Positions 32,466-39,742 of a stretch of DNA of 45,195 nt are shown piece by piece. The notes beneath the pieces are model-generated. The model was not told where the DNA came from. It did no database searches and saw only the letters and a list, made by a program, of their open reading frames with translations. Location: IMG/VR virus record IMGVR_UViG_3300045988_169289; one strand, 5' to 3'. Origin of the DNA: a virus. Position numbers and translations under genes: made by a program. The first letter of the stretch is position 1. The number at the start of each line of letters is the position of its first letter.

Positions 32466-32469
32466 TCAT

Positions 32470-32837
32470 TTAAAACTCCTCTATGTTCCAACCGCACCCC
32501 TGACGCTTTCCCTTCGGGAAGACCACAAACATCCGGAACGGATACTGGGACGCAGCCACCTTCACCTTTACTCGGGCGTCGTCCTGAAACACGGCGAGCG
32601 CCCCTTTCACCTCATGAAGTTCGATTTCACCGTTCGGGCGGAGCACCATGAAGTCAGGCGTGTACCAGCATTTCCCGGCGGCAATCTTGACTTTCATGGA
32701 CTCTCGAACCAAAACTTCTCAATGCGCCCCGCCTGCTGTTCTGCCTTCAGAAAAGCCGCGTAGGCGGATTCCGTCGCGTTCATTTCGCCGGGCTTCAAGC
32801 GCCCTTTGGCGTAGAGACGTTTCATTGCGGGCTTCAT
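32470..32837 (-). pseudogene. DUF1064-like PD-(D/E)XK nuclease split into two ORFs by a 1-nt frame change
   Basis: The N-terminal part is 32694..32837 (MKPAMKRLYAKGRLKPGEMNATESAYAAFLKAEQQAGRIEKFWFESP). The C-terminal part is 32470..32697 (MKVKIAAGKCWYTPDFMVLRPNGEIELHEVKG...). Together they reconstruct a single-domain family layout. The two parts overlap as ATGA. Confidence 0.45.
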
Positions 32838-33034
32838 TCTTCGCCCTCCCTATGGTTCTTTTCGACCTGGGCATCACGGACACCCAGCCAAAAGTACTGT
32901 TGCTCCAGTTTGTTCGTGAACTGCGCGGCCTCTATGGACGGAGCCGAGCCTTTCAGTCCCACGTCGTGACCGGCCTTGTAGGCGCGGTTAATCTTTTCTG
33001 CGACGGCGCGGGAAACTCCGGCAGGCGTTTTCAT
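32834..33034 (-). CDS. Small protein, paralog A (YKAG-x-D-x-x-LKG motif)
   Basis: I chose the internal ATG at 33034 within ORF 32834..33079. ...INRAYKAGHDVGLKGSAPSIEAAQFTNKLEQQYFWLGVRDA aligns with the protein encoded at 33222..33464. Confidence 0.45.
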   Translation of the reverse strand: MKTPAGVSRAVAEKINRAYKAGHDVGLKGSAPSIEAAQFTNKLEQQYFWLGVRDAQVEKNHREGEE

Positions 33035-33270
33035 TTCGCACCTCCAATATCGAAAAGCCACACCACGAAAGCGGCACAAAAAGCTGCGGTCACCGTGCTC
33101 ACGGCAAGATACGTCGCCGCCTTAAAAACGACGATCCACCCCATCTTTTCAAAGCTCCTCCACAGCGCAAACCCACAAAGAATGACGCACAGGAACACCG
33201 GCACTCGCCAGCTGCAGAACTTCAGAGCGTCCCAAAAAATGTCGAGCATATTTTTCCCTCCTTCTTCCAT
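33031..33270 (-). CDS. Small membrane protein (79 aa)
   Basis: Two hydrophobic segments are present (VPVFLCVILCGFALW and AVSTVTAAFCAAFVVWLF). The start is uncertain (33270 or 33249). Confidence 0.45.
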   Translation of the reverse strand: MEEGGKNMLDIFWDALKFCSWRVPVFLCVILCGFALWRSFEKMGWIVVFKAATYLAVSTVTAAFCAAFVVWLFDIGGAK

Positions 33271-33464
33271 TGATCCCGGCGCGCCTCTAAGGCGCCCAAC
33301 ATAAAGAGAACTCGTTCGAGTTTTGACGAATACTTTTCCGCCTCTTCGTCCCAGTCTTCGCCCTTAAGTTCAGTGTCGTACCCCGCTTTGTAGATGCGTT
33401 CTTTTTCTTTCATAGTGAACGGAACAAAGCCCCCAATCGCGTACAAAAACTTTCCCCGGCTCAT
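33222..33464 (-). CDS. Small protein, paralog B (YKAG-x-D-x-x-LKG motif)
   Basis: The internal ATG at 33464 overlaps the upstream stop as ATGA. ...KERIYKAGYDTELKGEDWDEEAEKYSSKLERVLFMLGALEA aligns with paralog A. Confidence 0.45.
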   Translation of the reverse strand: MSRGKFLYAIGGFVPFTMKEKERIYKAGYDTELKGEDWDEEAEKYSSKLERVLFMLGALEARRDQWKKEGKICSTFFGTL

Positions 33465-33598
33465 TTGTCCTCCTTTTCCTTGTACTTCAACAACTCCTTC
33501 AACTCCAAGGCCGCGAGTTTGTTGATGCCCCAACAAATAAGCACCACGGCAACGCCTGCGCCGACAAAGGTAAAGACGGTAGCGATGAAGTCGCTCAT
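33461..33598 (-). CDS. Tiny single-pass membrane protein (45 aa), absent from the ORF track
   Basis: MSDFIATVFTFVGAGVAVVLICWGINKLAALELKELLKYKEKEDK, read from the minus strand. It has ATGA overlaps with both neighbours. Confidence 0.4.
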   Translation of the reverse strand: MSDFIATVFTFVGAGVAVVLICWGINKLAALELKELLKYKEKEDK

Positions 33599-33900
33599 TC
33601 CTCATCCTCCTTTTCCTTTCTCACCGTCCACCAATCGGGCATATCAACGACGGCCCATGAAATTTCGTCGCAATCGTCGGGGCGAAAAGTATTTCGCTTG
33701 GTGACGTACCAAGAGCCATCCTTTCGCACACGCTTGCTGACGACTTCATAGAAGTTCTTTGTCCACCCCATGTACCCGCGGTGGAACTCAGCTCTCCCCC
33801 GGATCAGGGTTAAGAAAACGATATCCGTCGAAGCATCGGGCCACGTGGTTCTGTCCTCAGGATCAAAACGCTTCCAATCAATTTTTCCCGTCTGCTTCAT
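33595..33900 (-). CDS. Hypothetical protein (101 aa)
   Basis: ORF with ATGA-type coupling to both neighbours. It is Trp-rich and ends in an acidic tail (KEKEDEE). Confidence 0.5.
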   Translation of the reverse strand: MKQTGKIDWKRFDPEDRTTWPDASTDIVFLTLIRGRAEFHRGYMGWTKNFYEVVSKRVRKDGSWYVTKRNTFRPDDCDEISWAVVDMPDWWTVRKEKEDEE

Positions 33901-34082
33901 TCCTCGTCCTCCTTCTCGAACTGCGCGTGAACGCGCCGGATTTCCTTCTTCAGCCGCAGCAGCTGCAGGGACAGCCCGCGGCTTTTGAAATACTTCGGCG
34001 ACTTTGTTTCCACATCCACGAGAACGACCGCGATCTTTGCCGCGTCCTGCGGCTCCAGCTGCACATGTTTCGGGTTACTCAT
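33897..34082 (-). CDS. Hypothetical protein (61 aa)
   Basis: The internal ATG at 34082 overlaps the upstream stop as ATGA. It ends in the acidic tail EKEDEE, like its neighbour. Confidence 0.4.
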   Translation of the reverse strand: MSNPKHVQLEPQDAAKIAVVLVDVETKSPKYFKSRGLSLQLLRLKKEIRRVHAQFEKEDEE

Positions 34083-34360
34083 GCCAACCCCTCCTTTTTG
34101 GTTTTTTCGATAAATTCCACGGCGACTTTTTCGCAGTTCGCTCCTGTCATTTGCCAGTCTTCCGGAACTTTCCACTGCTCGGGCTCAACATCATCAAGTC
34201 CCACCCAGACGAAGGAGGGACTCAGCTCATTCGCCGGAATACTGATTACAACGTTCCAGGTGTCGAACACCACGGCCTCCGGCCCGCGCACTCGTTCTCT
34301 GACATAGACATCGCATGAAATGCGACTCGCTATAGGATCAAGAAAAGTTTCGGTACTCAT
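34079..34360 (-). CDS. Hypothetical protein (93 aa)
   Basis: ORF in the operon. No motif was recognised. Confidence 0.45.
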   Translation of the reverse strand: MSTETFLDPIASRISCDVYVRERVRGPEAVVFDTWNVVISIPANELSPSFVWVGLDDVEPEQWKVPEDWQMTGANCEKVAVEFIEKTKKEGLA

Positions 34361-34386
34361 TCAACTTTCTCCAATATTTTCAAAGT

Positions 34387-34406
34387 TTTTAACGGTGCCG
34401 TTAAAA
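34387..34406. repeat. 20-bp perfect palindrome ttttaacgg-tg-ccgttaaaa in an intergenic gap
   Basis: Read directly from the sequence. It lies between the stop at 34410 and the next start at 34360. No T-run follows on the transcribed strand, so a protein-binding site is more likely than a terminator. Confidence 0.5.
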
Positions 34407-34409
34407 TGG

Positions 34410-35000
34410 TTATTTAATCCGCATCGTTTCTGTCGGGGCCGACGCGTCCTCAAAGACGTTTCCCTTATGCAAGACAGCCCCAAACCCAAACCCTGAAGCC
34501 CGCGCGGCCATTTGCCACAGCAGCAGATTCACCGGCGTCGTTCTGACGTGCTTTCGTGCCGGGCGAATCCACGCGATGTTGTCGAGAATCGCAGCCGGGT
34601 GAGAATTCAGCGAAATCGCAATCACACCGACGCCTTTTTCGCCGGACGCGTCCAACCGGTCAACGATCTTTTGAGCCGTTTCCTCATCAGCGGCGAAGTA
34701 AAACCTGTCGCAGTGCTGCAGATACCCTTTCCACTTTTTGTCACTGGTGAAGTCTTCAAAGCTGGATTTCGTTTCAACAATGACGACCTCCCACTTTTTG
34801 TTGACCGCGATGAAGTCCGCCCGTTGTTTGGTGAACCCAGGAATAACCTCGTCACCGTGATACAGCGGCAGGCCAACTTCCCGACACACCGCATACTTTT
34901 TATCGGCGTAGTACGTTCCGAGGATGCGGCAGAGGTACCGCACGCGGCCTTTCTTGTCGTTTCCCGTGAAGAGTCGCGGAGCAATGATTCCTAAAGTCAT
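34410..35000 (-). CDS. MmcB-like PD-(D/E)XK nuclease-fold protein
   Basis: ...RADFIAVNKKWEVVIVETKSSFEDFTSDKKWKGYLQHCDRFYFAA matches the D ... E-x-K core and the CD-x-FYFA signature I associate with the MmcB family. Confidence 0.5.
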   Translation of the reverse strand: MTLGIIAPRLFTGNDKKGRVRYLCRILGTYYADKKYAVCREVGLPLYHGDEVIPGFTKQRADFIAVNKKWEVVIVETKSSFEDFTSDKKWKGYLQHCDRFYFAADEETAQKIVDRLDASGEKGVGVIAISLNSHPAAILDNIAWIRPARKHVRTTPVNLLLWQMAARASGFGFGAVLHKGNVFEDASAPTETMRIK

Positions 35001-35650
35001 GCCGCCCTCCGTTCGGGAAAGAATGCCTTATTGCGAGCCAAAAACCGCGCTAATTCGTCGCTGGACGGGGCCACATGACCAGACACAGCAGGGCGGTGGT
35101 TCGGAACGCTCCAAAGGGCCAATTTGCCCATCAGCGCACGATGCACGCGCAGCCCGTAGGCCTTCGGACTTTCGTGAGCCGGGTCTAGCCAGTATTCCCG
35201 CCCGTCTTTGGCCTTCCCCATGTTGCGGACGCGGACCGAAGGATCGAACCCGAAGAACTCGCTGTAAGAGTCGATCAAGTCCCGGACGCGGTACGTCAGA
35301 TAATCGGAATCGACCCAACGCCGTTTCTTCCACGTAGCGTCATCGACCAGCGAGCCGTCCATCCTGTGCGCTTCAGAGCGATCAATCGGTAGCTTTTCAA
35401 GCTGAGAGCAAAGGAAGATCAGCTGACGCACCGCGGAGTTCTGAAGCAGTTCCGTCATCTTTCGCCACCCTTCGGGGTTCTCATCGATTGCGCTGTGATA
35501 GAGGCAAAGCCCGGGGGAATCCGGTTCATTGCCAATCCCGCGCGTTCCGGTCTGTGCCCAGCATTGGCACCCCTCAGCCCGGCAGAACATCGGGCCCTTA
35601 CCCAGGGTATAGGCCCCACCCTGATCCGATTCAAAAGTATTCTTAGCCAC
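34997..35650 (-). CDS. Hypothetical protein with Cys-rich N-terminus (about 217 aa)
   Basis: ORF 34997..35665. SD AAGGAG lies 6 nt before the GTG at 35650. The N-terminus contains CRAEGCQCW ... GLCLYH. Confidence 0.5.
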   Translation of the reverse strand: MAKNTFESDQGGAYTLGKGPMFCRAEGCQCWAQTGTRGIGNEPDSPGLCLYHSAIDENPEGWRKMTELLQNSAVRQLIFLCSQLEKLPIDRSEAHRMDGSLVDDATWKKRRWVDSDYLTYRVRDLIDSYSEFFGFDPSVRVRNMGKAKDGREYWLDPAHESPKAYGLRVHRALMGKLALWSVPNHRPAVSGHVAPSSDELARFLARNKAFFPERRAA

Positions 35651-36437
35651 GATAGGCTCCTTCAAAAATCTTCACGTAGTTTCTCGACTGCATCAGCCAA
35701 TCGAAATCGGCATGCCACTTACTGTCGGCCTTTTGCCCTAAGAGGAATGGCCGCTTAGCCACAGCCTCGAAGTACTGCCTGCACCAGTCAAGCCCATCCG
35801 CCCTTGTCTTCGCTTCGGAATCTTTGATCATGTCGTGCCACCGGGCCCGCATAGCCTGCTGACGAGCGGGGGTCACCTTGCGCACGGCTCCGAGGTGCTG
35901 TCCGAGGATGCTGTTGAATAGCTCAACGATCTCCTTCGCAGGGCAGATAGAAAGAGGATCACTCGTCGTTTCTTCGCTCGGGAAAGGCTCCGCAGGGACC
36001 TTTCCCACGAGAGATATATCCTCTTTGGTTATTGGTTGTTGGTTATTGGTTAGCATTCCATTTGCATTGCATTCGCATTGCGTTTGCTCTGCATTTGGAT
36101 ATGCACTTGCATCGATTTCGGGCTTTTTTGCCCACCGGGACGCCGCCGCACGCTTTCTTTTATTGGAAACCGCCTGCGCTTTTTCGATTTCCTCGTCGCA
36201 ACGCGACTGCCGATACTCGCCGTTTTCCAAAGTGAAGAACCTTTGCAATACGTAGTGCATAGCCTCTTGCTCTGCAGGTGCATATCCACGTGCAATGCGT
36301 TTGCATTCGTCTTGCATAAGCGGACGCTCTTCCTTGTAGTACCGGACGAGCAAATCCATGTAGACGCCGCGCTCTGTTGGTGTCAGGTCAAGCGTCCCGG
36401 CGATCCAGTCGCCTAAATGAAGCTGCACATAGTTCAT
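35643..36437 (-). CDS. DUF1376 (YdaU-like) replication-initiation/organiser protein
   Basis: MNYVQLHLGDWIAGTLDLTPTERGVYMDLLVRYYKEERPL is the typical DUF1376 N-terminus. The alternative start at 36455 overlaps the cro stop as TAATG. Confidence 0.65.
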   Translation of the reverse strand: MNYVQLHLGDWIAGTLDLTPTERGVYMDLLVRYYKEERPLMQDECKRIARGYAPAEQEAMHYVLQRFFTLENGEYRQSRCDEEIEKAQAVSNKRKRAAASRWAKKPEIDASAYPNAEQTQCECNANGMLTNNQQPITKEDISLVGKVPAEPFPSEETTSDPLSICPAKEIVELFNSILGQHLGAVRKVTPARQQAMRARWHDMIKDSEAKTRADGLDWCRQYFEAVAKRPFLLGQKADSKWHADFDWLMQSRNYVKIFEGAYRG

Positions 36438-36454
36438 ACGGCCGCCGATGAGCA

Positions 36455-36676
36455 TTACAGCTCTTTCGCTTCCGGATACAAATCCGGTCGAATCAATGAA
36501 CGTGGGATACCGGTGGCATCAGAAAAATCGTTGACACGATCAGCGCTAACACGTTTGTGTTTCCACATCGAAATCGTCTGCTTACTAACGCCAAGCTTTT
36601 CAGCAAGACATTTCTGGGTTTTGAATTTCAGCAACGCCAAGGAAACGACGTTGACATTCTTCAAGTCAAAATCCAT
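36455..36676 (-). CDS. Cro-like HTH regulator
   Basis: 73 aa. ...TQKCLAEKLGVSKQTISMWKHKR is an HTH. It is the first gene of the leftward operon and is divergent from the CI-like repressor. Confidence 0.7.
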   Translation of the reverse strand: MDFDLKNVNVVSLALLKFKTQKCLAEKLGVSKQTISMWKHKRVSADRVNDFSDATGIPRSLIRPDLYPEAKEL

Positions 36677-36807
36677 TTAAACCTCACTCCGTCAATTTAA
36701 GTGAGACAATTATATCCATTTGAAGTGGCGTTTGTCCATAGCCCTTCGCCTACACGGAGTCCATTTAGGGTGTACTCTGTCAATTGCTTTTAATCCGGGA
36801 GAAGCAC
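36677..36807. promoter_or_regulatory. Immunity switch region (divergent promoters and repeated candidate operator elements)
   Basis: TCCATTT occurs three times (36672, 36715, 36760), spaced 43-45 bp apart. ACTC(C/T)GTCAATT occurs twice (36686, 36774), with a related ACTCCGTTTGTCA at 37652. The region is AT-rich. Confidence 0.55.
36709..36738 (-). promoter_or_regulatory. Candidate sigma-70 promoter for the cro operon
   Basis: The minus strand reads TGGACA-N18-TATAAT. The -35 is at plus coordinates 36733..36738 and the -10 at 36709..36714, about 30 nt upstream of the cro ATG. Confidence 0.5.
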
Positions 36808-37446
36808 ATGAACGACTACGAAGCCCGTTTTAGGGCGTTGCTGCTCAAACGCGGCCTAACCCAAGCAGAACTTGCAAAACAAGTAGGCAAGTCACGACAA
36901 GCGGCCAGTACGTGGTCACATGGAACGTTGCCAAGAGATGAGGAGACATTACAGCGATTGTGTCAAATACTCGGTACAACACCGTCATACCTGAGATATG
37001 GTGCTGGCGGCCAACCGGACAGTGCCGGGAATCTGACATCTAGTAAGGACAGTATCATGTTGAAGATTCTTCGCGATCCAGACGAGCAACTACGTCCGGC
37101 CATTGAAGTCATGCAAGTTTCTGTCGCGTGGCTCCGCTCATTTGTTCCGTCTTCGCCCTTAGACGAACTCAGACTCCACCTGGTGCGTGGCGACTCCATG
37201 GCACCAACCGCAGCTGCTGGAGACCTCCTCGTCGTAGATACTAGTGTCACAGACTACGATGCTGATGACCTGTATCTACTCAAGAATCCCCGCGGAATCC
37301 ACACGTTCAAACGCCTGCAGATGGTTCCCGACGGATTTAACATCATCAGCGACAACGTTCGCTATCCGCCGATTCTTGTTCCAACGTTAACGGGGTACAA
37401 CGTCGTTGGCAAAGTAAAAATTATCGGCCATTTCTTTGCGCCATAA
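36808..37446 (+). CDS. CI-like repressor (XRE HTH + S24 LexA-type autopeptidase)
   Basis: The N-terminal HTH is LTQAELAKQVGKSRQAASTWSHG. The C-terminal part has VRGDSMAPT (catalytic Ser) and TFKRL (Lys). I chose the ATG at 36808 within ORF 36784..37446. Confidence 0.85.
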   Translation: MNDYEARFRALLLKRGLTQAELAKQVGKSRQAASTWSHGTLPRDEETLQRLCQILGTTPSYLRYGAGGQPDSAGNLTSSKDSIMLKILRDPDEQLRPAIEVMQVSVAWLRSFVPSSPLDELRLHLVRGDSMAPTAAAGDLLVVDTSVTDYDADDLYLLKNPRGIHTFKRLQMVPDGFNIISDNVRYPPILVPTLTGYNVVGKVKIIGHFFAP

Positions 37447-37537
37447 CCCCTCTGAGCGCAAAATCTTCTCATCGGCAAGGAACTGCGAAAACATAAACAT
37501 AACATCGCAGAAGAAACAACATTGAAGTGCCGAATAC

Positions 37538-37566
37538 AAAGCCGCCTCCGGGCGGCTTTTCTTTTG
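37538..37566 (+). terminator. Intrinsic terminator after the repressor gene
   Basis: AAAGCCGCC-tccg-GGCGGCTTT is followed by tcttttg. Confidence 0.75.
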
Positions 37567-37626
37567 CCTTTAGCGTCCATCAGTTTTTGACATAGATCAA
37601 CCTTCCGCCAATTTGTCCACTTCAGC

Positions 37627-37655
37627 TTGACTATTTTAAATAGACAAAGTACACT
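37627..37655 (+). promoter_or_regulatory. Candidate sigma-70 early rightward promoter
   Basis: TTGACT-N17-TACACT. The spacer contains the 13-bp palindrome ctattttaaatag. The inverted repeat GACAAA-N10-TTTGTC overlaps the -10. Confidence 0.6.
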
Positions 37656-37699
37656 CCGTTTGTCAGTTTTAGATGGACGAAATCCACAACGGAGGCAAC

Positions 37700-37963
37700 A
37701 TGACCATCACCATCGAAACCATCAGCTGCGTCAGAGACGTATGGAGCGCGATCAGCGAAGCCGCCCGGGAGGCTGACGCCCACGGCCTGACCATGCTGAA
37801 GGGTGTAGCCACCAAATTCGACAACCTCTGCGACGAACTTATCGACCAGGCAGGCGACGAAGGCAACACGTCTTACGAACTGCTCTGCAATGAGCGCGAA
37901 CTCGGCCGGGCCGACTACCGCTTTGCAAATAAGGCCCGCCGTAGCGAACTGTTATCCGCCTAA
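37700..37963 (+). CDS. Hypothetical acidic early protein (87 aa)
   Basis: SD GGAGG lies 5 nt before the ATG at 37700 within ORF 37673..37963. It is the first gene of the early rightward operon. Confidence 0.5.
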   Translation: MTITIETISCVRDVWSAISEAAREADAHGLTMLKGVATKFDNLCDELIDQAGDEGNTSYELLCNERELGRADYRFANKARRSELLSA

Positions 37964-37975
37964 GAGGAGCACGCC

Positions 37976-38200
37976 ATGACCGACATCATCAACATCTACA
38001 AAGAACCCTGCGCCGCCATCTTCTCCGGCAAGCCCCTGCCGCCGCCGGGACCCGCGTGGAAAAGCGCTCTGCTCCAAGTGATCGGCGGGGCCGTCTGCAT
38101 CCTGCTCTGCGCGATGTTCGGAGCCTCAGTCATCTACGGGTGCATGAAGTTGTACCACTGGATTCCCGAGTTCATCAGCTGGATTGCGACATTCATCTAG
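37976..38200 (+). CDS. Small membrane protein (74 aa)
   Basis: Hydrophobic segments are ALLQVIGGAVCILLCAMFGASVIYG and a C-terminal ISWIATFI. Confidence 0.5.
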   Translation: MTDIINIYKEPCAAIFSGKPLPPPGPAWKSALLQVIGGAVCILLCAMFGASVIYGCMKLYHWIPEFISWIATFI

Positions 38201-38222
38201 CCCACAAAAGGCCTCGTGCCTT

Positions 38223-38289
38223 TTGATCTGCGGCTCTTAATTAATCATCGGAGCTTTCATTTATCTCTACCTCGGGAGCCGCAGATCAA
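38223..38289. repeat. 14-bp perfect inverted repeat with a 39-nt AT-rich spacer
   Basis: ttgatctgcggctc (38223..38236) pairs with gagccgcagatcaa (38276..38289). The spacer contains ttaattaa. The repeat lies in a 146-bp non-coding gap of the early operon. Confidence 0.8.
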
Positions 38290-38346
38290 AGGGCGCACCA
38301 GCCGACAGACCGCTTCTGTCCGCGCCCTGCCTTACCGGAGAAAGAA

Positions 38347-38589
38347 ATGATTGATCTCAGCAACCACAACGAAGACTTGATCCGCGACGCCAACACTTGG
38401 AAGCCGCTCAACGTCAACCCGCTTGAACGCGTGATGGTGTTCGAAAGCGGTAGCCAAAGCTACATCGTCTACACCGGGCTGCATACCGTCTCTGTGCTTG
38501 ACGACAGCCGTGGAGATGCACCGAACTCCTACGCCTTCGAAGAAGACGAGTTCTCCCGTCTGATGGACGCCCTCAACCTTGACGAGTGA
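38347..38589 (+). CDS. Hypothetical protein (80 aa)
   Basis: ORF with SD GGAGAAAG upstream. No motif was recognised. Confidence 0.5.
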   Translation: MIDLSNHNEDLIRDANTWKPLNVNPLERVMVFESGSQSYIVYTGLHTVSVLDDSRGDAPNSYAFEEDEFSRLMDALNLDE

Positions 38590-38596
38590 GGCGGCC

Positions 38597-38875
38597 ATGA
38601 GCGACATCGTCATCCCGTCCGACAAGTTCGCGCGGCTCTACGAAAAGACCGTCTGCGACTATGCGGAATTGATCGAAGGCGCGTTCTCTTTGAAGGACTG
38701 CGAACGCTTTTACGACTGCGCCGACCAATTCGACGACACCTGCCGCAAAATCCTGGAGATCGACGCAGGCTGGAAACCGGAGATACAGGTAGTCATGGAT
38801 CGGTCGTGGCTTGCCTTGGAAGCGGCTTTCGACGCCGCGACTGAGGCTTTTACGGAGGACGACGATGAGTTGTAA
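38597..38875 (+). CDS. Hypothetical acidic protein (92 aa)
   Basis: I chose the internal ATG at 38597 (SD GAGTGAGG) within ORF 38579..38875. The protein is Asp/Glu-rich and ends in EDDDEL. Confidence 0.45.
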   Translation: MSDIVIPSDKFARLYEKTVCDYAELIEGAFSLKDCERFYDCADQFDDTCRKILEIDAGWKPEIQVVMDRSWLALEAAFDAATEAFTEDDDEL

Positions 38876-39122
38876 CTACCCCGCCGGCATGAGCCGCGCC
38901 GATCTGATCCACGTCGGTGCGATAGACGACCCGGACGAGCCGCCCGAATGGTTCGACGAACTCGTGAACGACGACTGGATGAACGACACAGATTTTCTCT
39001 GGAACGAATACCGGGAGTACATCGAAGCCATCGACCACTACATCAGCGTCGAAAGCGCCGCCGAATGGCTCAACGAGTACTACCCCACCGCAATCAACGA
39101 AGACAGCCGCACTGCGGCATAA
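38865..39122 (+). CDS. Hypothetical highly acidic protein (85 aa)
   Basis: I chose the internal ATG at 38865 within ORF 38811..39122. By my count it has about 21 Asp/Glu, 3 Arg and no Lys. Confidence 0.45.
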   Translation: MSCNYPAGMSRADLIHVGAIDDPDEPPEWFDELVNDDWMNDTDFLWNEYREYIEAIDHYISVESAAEWLNEYYPTAINEDSRTAA

Positions 39123-39130
39123 GGAACATC

Positions 39131-39742
39131 ATGGAAAACGAAACCACCACCCCGAGCGCTGAATTCTTCAAGGAACTCGCCGCCGCGCAGTCGGAATTTG
39201 GAACCGTACGAAAAAATCGTACAAACCCCGCGACGCACTCGGAATACGCCGACCTGCAGTCGGTGTTCGACGCGGTAAAGCCTGCCCTCAACAAGCACGG
39301 CTTCTTCATCTATCAGCGCGTGACGACGAACGCCGACAGCGTGAGCGCGGAAACGTTCTTGGCCCACGCATCCGGCCAGACGCTTTCGTCGGGACCGTTC
39401 ACCGTCCCGTCCGCCGGACTGATGAACCGCGGGACGAACGCCGCTCAGGCTATCGGTTCGGCGCGTACGTACGCTTGCCGCTACAGCGTCGTGTCGTTCC
39501 TCTGCCTTACGGCGGACGATGACGACGACGGGAATGCAGCCAACGCCAAGCCGCAGTCCGAATTCGTGCTCACGCAGGACATGGTAGACGCCGCCAAACG
39601 CGTTGCCGCCGGAGGCGTAGCGGCTTACAAGGCCTACTACGAAGCGCAGTCCACCGAACTCAAGACCGCGCTCAGCAAGTCCGGTTGGCACCGCGACTGC
39701 TACAACATCGCGAAGAAGGCTGACGCAGGGGCCGCATCATGA
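39131..39742 (+). CDS. erf: ERF-family single-strand annealing protein
   Basis: I chose the ATG at 39131 within ORF 38948..39742. ...SEYADLQSVFDAVKPALNKHGFFIYQ ... NAAQAIGSARTYACRY resembles the ERF recombinase core. It is paired with a YqaJ exonuclease. Confidence 0.65.
   Translation: MENETTTPSAEFFKELAAAQSEFGTVRKNRTNPATHSEYADLQSVFDAVKPALNKHGFFIYQRVTTNADSVSAETFLAHASGQTLSSGPFTVPSAGLMNRGTNAAQAIGSARTYACRYSVVSFLCLTADDDDDGNAANAKPQSEFVLTQDMVDAAKRVAAGGVAAYKAYYEAQSTELKTALSKSGWHRDCYNIAKKADAGAAS

Noticed and set aside
32930-32941. Additional near-matches to the conserved motif: ctctatggacgg at 32930, gtcatggacgg near 41134 and tttagatggacga at 37668
   Set aside because: Each has a mismatch in the core. 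The first two lie inside coding sequence rather than at a gene boundary. The third sits in the early 5' UTR on the opposite orientation. I did not count them as sites.
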